Numbered from the whole stretch's first letter, positions 23,636 through 36,380 are shown. The stretch is 63,006 nucleotides of DNA, filler included, from Octopus bimaculoides (GCF_001194135.2; 8 parts of 7 records of this genome joined end to end with filler, not necessarily neighbours in it), one strand, 5' to 3'. Notes: a model not told the origin generated them from the sequence alone. Numbers and translations: made by a program.

Positions 23636-23897
23636 TGTTGTTGGCACTCCGTCGCTTATGACGGCGAGGGTTCCAGTTGATCCGATCAACGGAACAGCCT
23701 GCTCGTGAAATTAACGTGCAAGTGGCTGAGCACTCCACAGACACGTGTACCCTTAACGTAGTTCTCGGGGAGATTCAGCGTGACACAGAGTGTGACAAGG
23801 CTGACCCCCTTTGAAATACAAGTACAACAGAAAGAGGAAGAAAGAGTGAGAGAAAGTTGTGGTGGAAGAGTACAGCAGGGTTCGCCACCATCCCCTG
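23636..23897 (-). mobile_element. SINE S3, 3' two-thirds
   Basis: tggcactccgtcgc...gaaattaacgtgcaagtggctgagcactccacag... shared with the other S3 copies. Confidence 0.9.
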
Positions 23898-24140
23898 CTA
23901 TGTATGATATAAACACATGTATACACATACACACACACACAATAAAATTAAAAATTGGATGATAGCAATCTAGTTCATGTTACAAATGTTTCAGTAGGAA
24001 AATACTTAATTGATTATACATGCATTACATCATAGGAAAACACCTACCACCTCTTCAGGCACCAGACTGCCAAGATGAGAGAAATCGACTGATATGCATA
24101 TATATTTATTAATGTATGATTTTTTGCCATGTTATATATA

Positions 24141-24367
24141 CTCTTTTACTCTTTTACTTGTTTCAGTCATTTGACTGCGGTCATGCTGGAGCACCACCTT
24201 TAGTCAAGCAAATCGACCCCAGGACTTATTCTTTGTAAGCCTAGTACTTATTCAATCGGTCTCTTTTTTGCCAAACCGCTAAGTTACAGGGACGTAAACA
24301 CACCAGCATCGGTTGTCAAGCGATGTTGGGGGGACAAACACAGACACACAAACATATACACACATAC
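24141..24367 (-). mobile_element. SINE S1, 3' half
   Basis: Reverse-complement homology to 57830-58037; breaks into a gap at the internal microsatellite. Confidence 0.9.
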
Positions 24368-25029
24368 NNNNNNNNNNNNNNNNNNNNNNNNNNNNNNNNN
24401 NNNNNNNNNNNTTAATTAATTAANNNNNNNNNNNNNNNNNNNNNNNNNNNNNNNNNNNNNNNNNNNNGACCGGACCCTGAAATAACGCAAAATTGTACCA
24501 ACTTACTCTTCTTGAATGGTGTGGTGATGAAAACTCCCATCCATCGGATTCCCAATTTTGAGGATAAATGAATGGCCTGTAGATATAAAGGTTAGCTGCA
24601 AATATTCAATAAGGTGTCGCGGACAGAATCACGGGTTATAGCACCGCTAGCCACACTACCCGGGTCATGGTGAATTTCTGAAAACCTGAAAATAGCAGAA
24701 ATGCTATTATAATTGGCAAGCAAGTTGGTAGTAGGGAATGAAATGCAAAGCAAAAAAAAAAAAGAAAAAAAATATGTTTAAAAAAAACATATTCTGTCCT
24801 TGGCTTCTTTCACATTTCGAAGAACATACTCCTATGAATTTTGGTCTGGGAAACAGGCGCTGCAATAGGACCTACGACTATAGACAAGGAATTGGCAATC
24901 AAAAGTCATTCTGAGAAAGCTTGACCCGATGATGATGGTAAATCTTCTTCATGGTAAATCTAGAATCTAACATACATTTTGCAATGAAACATTAGAATAT
25001 AAATTTAATAAGTGAAATTAAATGACAGA

Positions 25030-26000
25030 TGATATTTTTTCCATCTCCCACGGAGTTTTAATCTTAAAGTCTTCAACAAAAATTAATCAGCCCCATTTAA
25101 AATGTTCATATTTGTATTTCCTTCAGCCAAATTATATTTTTGGTTCCTTTAATGCGTTTGACTCTCTATATATTTTATATAGCTCTGTTATTCTCCTCAC
25201 TATCAGAGAGTTTGATATTTGTTTAAGGTTATCAAATGCAGTATGGACGTTACAAAAAAAAATTTCTAGTTTGGTATCTTGAAAGCAGATAACGCATTAT
25301 TCACAGGCAACATGAACAAGAAAATAAAGGGGATTATGGTCTAAGCATGCACGTTGTAAATCTACAAGCAATAAATCATATTAAACCGGCGACACTAATA
25401 TTAATCTTCGTTGTGTCATGCATGTGAATTGTGGGATGGAAGGAGAAGCGAAAAATAACACGTGCAGACGTGCAGCATGGTTTCAAGACTAAGAAAATTA
25501 AAAATAAAAAAAAACAGAAGAAAAATTCATAGTGGAAGAGACGAATGAGAACTCTCTACTCTAAGAAGCTACGAATGACACATGCGATAACATTACACCT
25601 ATAATGCACCAGTACATCGCCGATATATCCCAAATACACGATATGCGGTCTGTTTCCTAATGGAAAATCAGAGACGGTGATTTCTTGAACAATGATTGTC
25701 TCCCATGACAGATAGGACAGCGGTCGTCTATTTGGTGGGGGACATAAACAGACACACCACCTTTTGAGTGTTTCCGACTATGATCTTAATTACTACTATT
25801 TCTGAAATTATTATTTTATACAATATTTTTTCCATCTCCCTCCGTGTTTTAATCCTAAAGTCTTCAACAAAAATTAATCAGACCCATTTAAAATTTTCAT
25901 ATTTGCGTTTCCTTCAGCCAATTTATATTTTTGGTTCCTTCAATGTGTTTAACTGTCTATATACTTTATATAGCTCTGTTATTTTTCTCATTATCTTATT
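25030..26000. repeat. Direct repeat pair of about 175 bp (25030-25205 and 25815-25995), possibly a LINE ORF2 C-terminal relic on the minus strand
   Basis: Clear nucleotide homology between the two blocks. Minus strand reads MRKITELYKVYRQLNTLKEPK...FVEDFRIKTRREMEKI with stops. Confidence 0.55.
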
Positions 26001-26539
26001 TTTCATTTTCCTTTCTAGTTCTATATATAGTCAATCTTTCTATCTTTCTCTCACAGCCATAAACATGGCTACATACATACATTCTGTGTCGGGTACACCA
26101 TTTTCTCACACTACTATCAATCACAGTGTACATACTCACACAGAAACACATACACACACATATGTACTTGTCTGTATGTGCATACATAAAATGAACACAC
26201 TCTCTCTCTCTCTCTCTCTCTCTATCACACACACACACACACACNNNNNNNNNNATATGCACATATATATATGTGTGTATATATATACATGCATATATAT
26301 ATATATGCATATATGTGTTTATATATACATATATGCATATATATATATACATATGTATATAGATATTTATACATATATATATATGCGTGTATGTATATAT
26401 ATCTACATATATATATACGCATTCTGGAGCGAAATAATGACACAGGTTAAAAAATAAGATATGAGATCAGCAAAAATATAAAAAAAACAAAAGAAGAGTT
26501 CACGTAACCCAGACTAGTTAATATTTTAAATATTCGACT

Positions 26540-26580
<41 letters not shown>

Positions 26581-26846
26581 AGAGGTGGAGAGGAGGAGAA
26601 AAGAACAACGAAGGAGATTTCTAAAGATTTTGGAAAAGAAAATCTTGTAAAATTGATTTTTAAATTTATAAATGAATATGAATTTATGAATGTCATATAT
26701 ACACCCATATACAAAAGTGTGTACATACATAGAAACGTACATATGTNNNNNNNNNNNNNNNNNNNNNNNNNNNNNNNNNNNNNNNNNNNNTTAATTAATT
26801 AANNNNNNNNNNNNNNNNNNNNNNNNNNNNNNNNNNNNNNNNNNNN

Positions 26847-26867
<21 letters not shown>

Positions 26868-26881
<14 letters not shown>

Positions 26882-27093
26882 ATGTTTGTGTGTCTGTGTT
26901 TGTCCCCCCAACATCGCTTGACAACCGATGGTGGTGTGTTTACGTCCCCGTTACTTAGCGGTTCGGCAAAAGAGACTGATAGAATAAGTACTAGGCATCC
27001 AAAGAATAAATCCTGGGGTCGATTTGCTCGACTAAAGGCGGTGCTCCAGCATGGCCACAGTCAAATGACTGAAACAAGTAAAAGAGTAAAAGA
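26868..27093 (+). mobile_element. SINE S1, 3' half
   Basis: Homology to 57820-58037; starts at a gap in the internal microsatellite. Confidence 0.9.
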
Positions 27094-27478
27094 GCAAAAG
27101 AGATACGCACATACATTCACACGCACACATAATTGTATAAGAAAATGTTGACAGTTACTTCGAAGTTTAAGTTAGTTTCCTCTTCTATACTATTTGTCAA
27201 ACACAACTGAGCTGGAACTGCGAAGTCACTTTCAACGTGTTACTTGTTGAGATAAAGGTGACACACTATGTATAAGTATTGATCAATCCTCCTATAATTA
27301 TTGGACTGATTTCATTTATGACCATATATGGAAACAAAACTTTGTTAGACAATAGATTTTCAGTCTTTCAAGTGACCTATTATATATGTATTTAGTATAC
27401 AAAACACTCTCCTGAATTATTTTTCTTCGGCCATATTTTTGATATTTATAATCAGCGTCGCTGTATTTCCTCTGTTTG

Positions 27479-27541
<63 letters not shown>

Positions 27542-28629
27542 GATCACTTTTAATCTAACATAAAAGAGTAGAATATGTTTCACTGAGAAGATTTAATAGG
27601 ACAGAAACAGGTTTGCTGTTGTCACCTATTTGTTGTCTTTAAAGACCAAACCTACTCCAATCGGCATTGCCTATGATGTCCAGAAATCTCCACCAATCGA
27701 ACCTTATTGGAGGAGCTCTCCAATAAGAGGTTTTTGTTTTAGATCTTAAATAGCTGCAGAGGGAGTTCATTGCTTGGCTTATTTCAATTGATCGAAATTT
27801 TTTCGATCCCCCAATTACATATGTAAGATTTTCCGGTGTTTGTGCTTAGTACGTATAGCACTCAGCTATGTCATATCCTTTCAGCATCTGTTCAGTTTGT
27901 TGTTAAGTGCTGTTTGTCATTTTGATGTATTTTGACATTTTAATAGTAATATATGTCGGCACAATGTGTGTGTGTGTGAGTATGCATTTGTGTTTATATA
28001 TGTGCGGCATATGTGTATGTTTGTGCCTGAGTAGACGATGTCATCTTCCTCTATACTTTACTTGATGCATTTAAGTTTCTAGGTCTGTCACTGAAGATGC
28101 AATCTCTATATCTAAAATTGAAAATGACATGACTACTAAAACAATGGAAGACTAGAAATATTAGTCGGTCAAACTGTCAAACAATTAGTGGAAAGCAAAC
28201 TCTATCAAGACATACTTGAAAATTTAATTGACTGTAAAAACAATTGACTTTGTCATACGTCTGTACTTCTGTATTTCCTGCTAAGATTAAAATGAGTTTT
28301 TCTTTGTAGTTCGTGCAATCCACGTTATGTATCGTAGATAGAATATTACTATTTTAAATGACTCTTTTACTACAGCTATGCTTTCTATCGTTATTGTTTG
28401 AATCTGGAATGCATCAAATAATCACACCTATAGTGAAGTTTTAAATAAAGATATTCGATTGTCAGATAAATTGGTCCGTTTTTACAGGGTCGAGAGAAAG
28501 AGTAATATTTCTTCCGTTCCATTGTTATTGTATTAAGACGAAACATATATATATATATATATATATATATTTCTTTATTGCCCACATGATGCTAAACATA
28601 AAGGGGACAAACAAGGACAGACAAAGGGA

Positions 28630-29080
28630 TTTAGTCGATTACATCGACCCCAGTGCGTAACTGGTACTTATTTAACCGACCCCAAAAGGATGAAAGGCAA
28701 AGTCAATCTCGGCGGAATTTGAACTCAGAACGTAACGGCAAACGAAATACCGCTAAGCACTTCATCCAGCGCGCTAACGATTCTTTTCTACTCAAGGCCC
28801 GAAATTTTGGGGGNNNNNNNNNNATATATATATATATATATATATATATTTCTTTATTGCCCACATGATGCTAAACATAAAGGGGACAAACAAGGACAGA
28901 CAAAGGGATTAAGTCGATTATATCGACCCCAGTGCGTAACTGGTACTTAATTTATCGACCCTGAGAGGATGAAAAGTAAAGTCGACTTCGGCAGAATTTG
29001 AACTGAGAACGTAAAGATGGACGATATTCTGCCAAGCATTTTGCCTTGTGTGCTAACGTTTCTGCCAGCTCACTGCCTTT
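28630..29080 (-). mobile_element. Two S2 copies flanking a 10-N gap
   Basis: S2 homology at about 28630-28785 and 28910-29080; the upstream flanks are duplicated. Confidence 0.75.
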
Positions 29081-29879
29081 GACAACCTAATAATATTGAA
29101 AAAGAACAAAATAACTATATGACACATTTTAACACAGAAAATGCGAATAAAAGAAAAGGGAAAATTATTTGCATTAAAGATAATACAAAAAAAAAATAAT
29201 AATTAAATTAAATTCTCAGTGGTGCCCCAACATGGATGCAGTCCAATAACTGGAACAAGTAAAAATAAAAAATAAAAAAAAAACATTTGCTTGATAGAAA
29301 AGTACTTTTTCTAAGAAGTAAGCATTTTGCAGATATTTTAAACAGTTTTATTTTACGACTCTATACCTCTGAAAAAACGAAGTTTAAAATAAAAAAAGAA
29401 AAAAGGAAAATAAATACGATCTATTAATGAGCAGCGATACCAGTATCAACGTTTGTATACAGAAAAACACCGAGAGATGATCATCGTACAAGATTTAGGT
29501 TGCCAGTTATTAAAAATAAATTCTATATTGGAATCTCGTGTTCACGGGAATCCCCTGAAAATTTCGCAAAAATCCTGAAGTTTATATAGTCACTAAGAAA
29601 CAACGATTAAACATAATTACTATAAGGAATTATCATTAACGTCATTACTGTAGGAAATTATCATTACGATAAGGAATTATTATCACTCGCGTATTATACT
29701 GCATAGGCAGTACACTACAAATATAAGATAATTAAATTTAGTGATATATTGTTAAACGATTTTCAAGAAAGGCAATCATAAATAAATACATAAATAAACA
29801 AATAATAAATAAACGATTCATTCAACAATTACAATTTTTTTTTTTTGTAATATAATCCTTTTTTAATATTTAGCGTTGG

Positions 29880-30445
29880 AGAATTCAAATCCTGCCGAGG
29901 CCAACTTCGTTCTTTGATCATTTTGGGTTCGATAAAATAAGTACCAATTAAGTGCTGCAGTCGATTTAATCGACTGACCTCTCTCACCTAAATTTCAAGC
30001 CTCGTGTCTACATTAGAAACTATTCGGTGATGGAAAGGCAACGAGATGGCAGAACCACTAGCACATCAAACAAAACGCTTAGCGGCATTTCACATCGCTC
30101 TTTAGGTCCGGAGTTCAAATTCCACCGAAGCCAACTTTATTTTTCGTCCCTTCAGAGATCGATAAAATATCAGCCAAGTAATGGTAATTGTCTTGCCTTT
30201 GCTCTCCAAATTACTTGTATTATACAAAAATTAGAAAGAATGTTTGATGTTCGATGGCGGTCAGTTGATAAAAATCTTTAGAGCATCGGAAAAAATGTTT
30301 TACAGCTCTTTACATTTTGAATCTTGGCTCTTTACATCCTGAAGTTTAAATTCCACCGAAGTCAATAAAATAAAGAACCAGCTAAATAGTGGGATCGATA
30401 GCATCGACTTATACCTTCCCTTCAAAACTGCTAGCCTTGAAAAGA
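29880..30445 (+). mobile_element. Cluster of decayed S2 fragments
   Basis: Repeated ttcaaat(t)cc..gagg/aag..caacttt..tcgataaaat blocks at about 29880, 30110 and 30345. Confidence 0.65.
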
Positions 30446-31274
30446 TGTGAAAGCAATATTTGATAATGGAACAATGAATATAATATTGGTTCCACATTTT
30501 ACTCTGAAACTTAATTTAATTTTAATTTTTAATAAATTGATTTTAATTGATTTTTTACCTGTAATNNNNNNNNNNNNNNNNNNNNNNNNNNNNNNNNNNN
30601 NNNNNNNNNNNNNNNNNNNNNNNNNNNNNNNNNNNNNNNNNNNNNNNNNNNNNNNNNNNNNNNNNNNNNNNNNNNNNNNNNNNNNNNNNNNNNNNNNNNN
30701 NNNNNNNNNNNNNNNNNNNNNNNNNNNNNNNNNNNNNNNNNNNNNNNNNNNNNNNNNNNNNNNNNNNNNNNNNNNNNNNNNNNNNNNNNNNNNNNNNNNN
30801 NNNNNNNNNNNNNNNNNNNNNNNNNNNNNNNNNNNNNNNNNNNNNNNNNNNNNNNNNNNNNNNNNNNNNNNNNNNNNNNNNNNNNNNNNNNNNNNNNNNN
30901 NNNNNNNNNNNNNNNNNNNNNNNNNNNNNNNNNNNNNNNNNNNNNNNNNNNNNNNNNNNNNNNNNNNNNNNNNNNNNNNNNNNNNNNNNNNNNNNNNNNN
31001 NNNNNNNNNNNNNNNNNNNNNNNNNNNNNNNNNNNNNNNNNNNNNNNNNNNNNNNNNNNNNNNNNNNNNNNNNNNNNNNNNNNNNNNNNNNNNNNNNNNN
31101 NNNNNNNNNNNNNNNNNNNNNNNNNNNNNNNNNNNNNNNNNNNNNNNNNNNNNNNNNNNNNNNNNNNNNNNNNNNNNNNNNNNNNNNNNNNNNNNNNNNN
31201 NNNNNNNNNNNNNNNNNNNNNNNNNNNNNNNNNNNNNNNNNNNNNNNNNNNNNNNNNNNNNNNNNNNNNNNNNN

Positions 31275-31324
<50 letters not shown>

Positions 31325-31720
31325 CCATATATATATATAGGGCGGTGGGCGGGGGCGGGGGGCATATGTATACATCTCATTATACAATTTATCATGATTA
31401 TATACATCGTTTCAGTTGTATAGGCGGATGTTTTGTCACCAAACACTGGTGCTACTGAGCAATGTGTAGTATATAAATGTTTTCTAAGAAAACTAACAAT
31501 ATATTCCGCTTAGGTAAAGATAATGACGAAGTCAAAGATGATGATGATGATGCTGATGATGATGATAATGATGATGATGTTGATGATGACAATCATGGTA
31601 GTGGTTGTGATGGTGGTGGTTATGTTTATGATCCGCCTTCTTAACATCATTATGACAATGATATTTTGGAGTATGTTATGCTTTTGTGCACATAGATGCA
31701 AATGCACAGACCCGAAAAAT

Positions 31721-31786
<66 letters not shown>

Positions 31787-31956
31787 NNNNNNNNNNNNNN
31801 NNNNNNNNNNNNNNNNNNNNNNNNNNNNNNNNNNNNNNNNNNNNNNNNNNNNNNNNNNNNNNNNNNNNNNNNNNNNNNNNNNNNNNNNNNNNNNNNNNNN
31901 NNNNNNNNNNNNNNNNNNNNNNNNNNNNNNNNNNNNNNNNNNNNNNNNNNNNNNNN

Positions 31957-31993
<37 letters not shown>

Positions 31994-32849
31994 CATATAA
32001 TTATATTCAGTAACACTTGGGGCACAAAGCCGTAATATTTCAACGTCTGAAACCAGGTGGTTTCAATAATTTTCGAGATTTTGTTCAAATAGAATGAACA
32101 ACATTATTCTCCTCTCATCATCAAGAGATGCAGATGAACATATGGAGCTCGTCTGCCGAGTTTCTCCCTTGGAAAATATCTTGCCAAAAATGATGCCATC
32201 TTGTAATCATAATAGTTGCAGGAATTTAGGAAGAAGTAGAAGTTATAAAATCTTATTCTCTTTGTAGATATCTTAAATATAACATCGCTGTTTATTTGAT
32301 TATGAAAACACCAATTCTATACTGTGATATCAAGGATAATAATAAAAGCTAAAATTATGTTTTTTATGAATTACTTTTGTCTTATGCGGGTTTTCTAAGG
32401 TTTTCGACTGGCAGGATGTAGTAATTTTAGTTTTCAAGGCCCCTACAGTTGTGGCAGCATAAATCAAGGATGCTAGACAGGGAGTTAACTTTAAATAAAT
32501 ATCACGGGAAGTAATATATTCTGTTTTCAAGACCTCTGATATGATGATAACTTTAGGTCAAAAGGTCTGTGTGATGGAGGTTAACTGAAATTTATATCTC
32601 ACGATATTTTGTAGCAGGCAGCTTGCCTTAAAGTACCGTATTTGATGGCATCTAAGACACACGTCATAGTAGACTCATCCCAATTTCATCAACACATACT
32701 GAAGAAAAGAAGCATTAGTGCATTAAACATTATGGGAAGTCCAACTTCACACATGGGATTCGGGGTGATATTTTTGAGACTTCTTTTAGGGAAAAAAATG
32801 TGTCTTATATGCCATCAAATACGGTAAGGTGCGTTCAAAATAATATTGA

Positions 32850-33070
32850 TTTTAAATTTTGGCAAAAGTCCAGCAATTTCGAGGGAGAGAATAAGTCGAT
32901 TACATCGACTCTCTCACCCCAGTGTTCAACTGGTACTTATTTTATCGACCCCAAAAGGATTAAAGGCAACGTCGACTTTAGCGGAATTTGAACACAGAAC
33001 GTAAAGACGGACGAAATGCTGCTAAGCATTTTGCCCGGCGTGCTAACCATTCTGCCAGCTCGCCACCTTT
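32850..33070 (-). mobile_element. SINE S2
   Basis: aactggtacttattttatcgacccc...gcggaatttgaac...ctgccagctcgcc. Confidence 0.85.
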
Positions 33071-33470
33071 GCGTTCAAAATGATATCAACGAAAGTGCGC
33101 TCTTTCCAAGAGTTCAGGCATCATTTAACAGGACGCATTACTTCTCGCTGATGAAACATTGCGCAAAGTGCAAACCTCTGTTGAGGATCTCAGGTTTCAC
33201 TAGTTTCATTGCACATAAGATCTATGCACCGAAGGCTAAATATTTAATTCTCGTAATATGTGATTCCAAGAAAGATTGCTGTTCAATTTAGTGGCCGAAT
33301 TTGGAAATCTTTAATTAAAAAAATACGCCTGTGTGATCCTTAAATGATCTGAGTGAATCAGATAAAGATTACCACTCTCAGGGTTAGAGAATATCGAAGA
33401 TTTTGAAGCAGAATCTCGAAGTGCAAAAATATATGTTCAGGCATGGCTGTGTGGTAAGAAGCTCGCTTCC

Positions 33471-34105
33471 GTGCATGCGTCGCTGTGTTGATTTTTGAGG
33501 AGACGGACTGAATTTTTTGAGCTGCTTGGCAGCGGTTTGTCGGTGAGTGTTGTACCGATGGAGAGGAATGTATTCGGACCTCAGCGAGTATGAACTGTCC
33601 TCAGCAGAGGAGGAGCTCGTTAAGGCGGTAAACAGAATGGACGAGCATTTGGAAAGAGTAAAGAGTTTTGCTGAGGCCGCAGAGGTGAAGAAAAGGGAAG
33701 TGGACCTAGCCGGATTGAAGGAACCATGTAGGATAACACAGAAGGTGGGTGGTGACGTAAAAGTTATTACTCCTGAAAAGTGTTATAGTAAATATTGAAA
33801 AGAAGACCATTACCTACAAGGTGTACTCAGTGGAGAGTAGGAAGGTGGTTCGGATGGAGATGGAAGAAGTAGAAAAAAGCTCTGAAGGGGCTTTCGAAGG
33901 GAGTGACATATATAGCGAAAGGAAATGGATATGGGACGGTGGCTGTCCAGTTTAGGACAGCGGAGGAGGCTAAAAGGCTGGCGACTACAACTGTAAAAAC
34001 GGAGGAAGTAGTACTTCTACCCACGTACCTTGGAAGAAAGACTTCTAAGGTGAGGGTAGAAGGAATTCCACCCGATACAGAAGTGGCTTGGGTTGCGGCA
34101 GGCCT
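33471..34105 (+). mobile_element. Probable 5' UTR and frameshifted ORF1 of an L1/Tx1-type LINE
   Basis: ATG at 33568 (MYSDLSEYELSSAEEELV...), continuing across frameshifts to GTVAVQFRTAEEAK...LLPTYLGRKTSKVRVEGIPP. Purine-rich and RRM-like. Clade assignment is from recall. Confidence 0.5.
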
Positions 34106-34139
34106 GAACAACAGCAACAACAACAACAACAACAACAAC

Positions 34140-34167
<28 letters not shown>

Positions 34168-34170
<3 letters not shown>

Positions 34171-34345
34171 TCGAAAATTACCTTAGGAATGAGAACCCAG
34201 GTTCGAAATTTCCCCAAGACACCAGAAGAAGGCTGGAGGGTATATCAGCCGAAACGTTGTGTTAACAACAAACAAGATGAGGACAAATATCCGTCGAATG
34301 TAAATAATGTAAATAATGTACATAATTCTTCATCTCTTAAATATA
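34168..34345 (+). mobile_element. Hammerhead-bearing short repeat (family H1), copy 1; ribozyme motif 34218-34263
   Basis: Follows (AAC)n(AAT)n. gacac-CAGAAGA-a-GGCTG gagggtatat CAGCC-GAAAC-GTT-gtgtt. Homologous to 48585-48740 and 62235-62420. Confidence 0.75.
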
Positions 34346-34494
34346 GAAATGACTTTATTCATCGACAAAATATACGAGGAATGTGCACTGCCTTTAAATC
34401 AATACGCCTATCAAACAACGCAGTTCTTACTTTTTACATTAAATCATTTTGATATCACATTTTGATATTACATTAATCATTTTGATATCACATG

Positions 34495-34595
34495 GGAATA
34501 TGGCGTAGTAGTTAAGAAACGCTGTGTTAACAACTAACAAGATGAGGACAAATATCCGTCGAATGTAAAAAATGTGTATATTAAATATAGAACTA
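34495..34595 (+). mobile_element. Internally deleted H1 copy: tRNA-like head fused to the post-core 3' part
   Basis: ggaatatggcgtagtagttaag (same head as 48486-48560) joined directly to gaaacgctgtgttaacaactaacaagatgaggacaaatatccgtcg. Confidence 0.6.
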
Positions 34596-34597
34596 TT

Positions 34598-34654
<57 letters not shown>

Positions 34655-34720
34655 GCTCTTCTTCTTCTTCTTCTTCTTCTTCTTCTTCTTCTTCTTCTTC
34701 TTCTTCTTTTATTATTATTT
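34596..34720. repeat. Compound microsatellite (GTT)n(CTT)n(ATT)n
   Basis: Direct inspection. Confidence 0.95.
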
Positions 34721-34721
34721 C

Positions 34722-34808
34722 GCCGAGGTCGACTTTGCTTTTATTCTTTCGGGGTCGATAAATTAAGTACCAGTGAAACACTGGGGCCTTATGCCTGTAG
34801 TAGAAAGG

Positions 34809-34862
<54 letters not shown>
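34722..34862 (+). mobile_element. SINE S2, 3' part with (ATT)n tail
   Basis: cgccgaggtcgactttgc...gataaattaagtaccag...gtagaaaggattattatt. Confidence 0.8.
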
Positions 34863-35400
34863 TGATGAAAACTCAGGGATTTTGGTGGGTATGATGGAAA
34901 GTGTCAACAGTCCACAACCAGCAGACTAAGGTGACTCTTGTTTACTGGTCATGCTTCAAGAATCCTGCGAAGGATTCTTGCAGTTCCAAGGAAAGCTGAT
35001 TTCTGTAGGTGTTCTACCTTTAAATTTGTACCAATGTTTTTGGTCCATGTTGGTAGTTGAGTGCTGATACTGATACTTCCAAGCGTGCCAGTTACTATTG
35101 GTATCACGTCAACACTCTTCATTTGTCCATAACCTGCGTATTTCCCAATTCAATTCTCCATAGTTATTCGCTTCTTCTTTTTCTTTCTCTTCGATCCTGT
35201 TGTTATCTGGACATATTACGTCGACTATAGAGCATATTGTTTTCTATTTTGTTCATCACAACAATGTCAGGTTTCCGATGTCTGATCTGATGGTCACACT
35301 GAATCATGGCATCCCACACGGTTTTGCGATTTTCATTCTCAATGACTCCTTCTGGGATTTGGTAATACCATGTCTTTGGTCTTCGCAAGCCATAATTTCC
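34863..35400 (-). mobile_element. 3' end of another R4/Dong-type LINE family with (TAA)n tail
   Basis: VWDAMIQCDHQIRHRKPDIVV (PD endonuclease motif), then frameshifted VIPIVTGTLG...LQKSAFLGTARILRRILEA* (stop 34949-34951). Tail array at 34809-34862. Confidence 0.85.
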
Positions 35401-35409
35401 AGTAGTAAT

Positions 35410-35615
35410 AATGTGGTGAGCCGACAGAATTGTTAGCACGTCGGTTACAATGCTTAGCGACATTTCATCCGCCTTTACGTTCTGAGTTCAAATTCAGCCG
35501 AGGTCGACTTTGCCTCTCATCCTTTCGATACAATAAATACCAACCGAGTAATTGGGGTCACTGTAATCAATTTTCCCCTCTCAACCTCCAGTTTTTGGGT
35601 TTGTGCCTTTAGTAG
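35410..35615 (+). mobile_element. SINE S2
   Basis: ggtgagccgacagaattgttagcac...gttctgagttcaaattcagccgaggtcgactttg...gtgcctttagtagaaag. Confidence 0.8.
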
Positions 35616-35886
35616 AAAGATTTAATAGTAGTTGTGGTAAAAATAGTAGAAGTGGTGGTCGTAGTAGTATTGTTGTTGTTTTTAGTATTGTTGTTATTCA
35701 ATTATTTAAATTTAGACACAATTCCGTACAAAAAGTACAATCAAAGTACATCTGTTAACCCCTCGCAACCACATAAATAAAAGACACAAGGAGAACTTAA
35801 TACAACCCCAAAATTATAATCAATCAGTTTGTCTTAGGGTATGTGGGAAAAAATTTCGTTTTTGATTTGATGCAGAATAACATATA

Positions 35887-36380
35887 CAGTAAACCCTCGA
35901 CTATCGCGGGTGCTACGTCCCAAAACCCCACTGCGAGAGGTGAAAATCTGCGAAGTAGAAACAGTACTGTACTGTATATTTTTTAAAATTATTTTTATAA
36001 TTTGTATATATTAATTTTATTATAAATACAAAGCATTAACCACATACTCGTCTCCCAAATTTCGTTTTCCATACAGTATGTGCGATTCTTTGTTTACTCA
36101 TCTACGGCACACTAGTATTTTCTTTTAATATATTCAATTTAATTATTATGCAGTGCGGTACAGTACTGTATTTTTATTTATTAATTTGTTAATTTTTAGG
36201 CGTGAAAATGCTTATTTTGCAACAGAAATAAAGAAATTCTAAAAAAAATATTACCAATCGACCGCAGAAACCCGCGATATACCGAGGAGTCAGCGATATA
36301 AATTTACATATATTAGCCCAAAAAATCTGCGATGTACTGAGGGCGCGATAAGTGAACCACGATATGGCGAGTGATTACTG
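35887..36380. mobile_element. Tigger/pogo-type non-autonomous element (MITE)
   Basis: TA|CAGTAAACCCTCGACTATCGCGG ... CCACGATATGGCGAGTGATTACTG|TA: imperfect TIRs with a TA target duplication; no ORF. Confidence 0.8.

Noticed and set aside
28546-28960. Apparent tandem duplication around a 10-N gap (likewise 62294-62390)
   Set aside because: Near-identical sequence on both sides of a tiny gap is typical of unmerged contig overlap.
29618-29690. Short imperfect repeat array (taaggaattatcatta x3-4), and cattttgatatca x3 at 34445-34492
   Set aside because: Ordinary decayed minisatellites with no unique spacers; not CRISPR-like.
8156-33200. Partial hammerhead-like strings at about 8156 (ctggtgag-gtttt/aaaac), 29426 (taatgag..gata/tatc-aacgtt) and 33148 (ctgatga..ttgcgc/gtgcaa)
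   Set aside because: Each lacks an intact GAAA and/or helix I; not distinguishable from chance.
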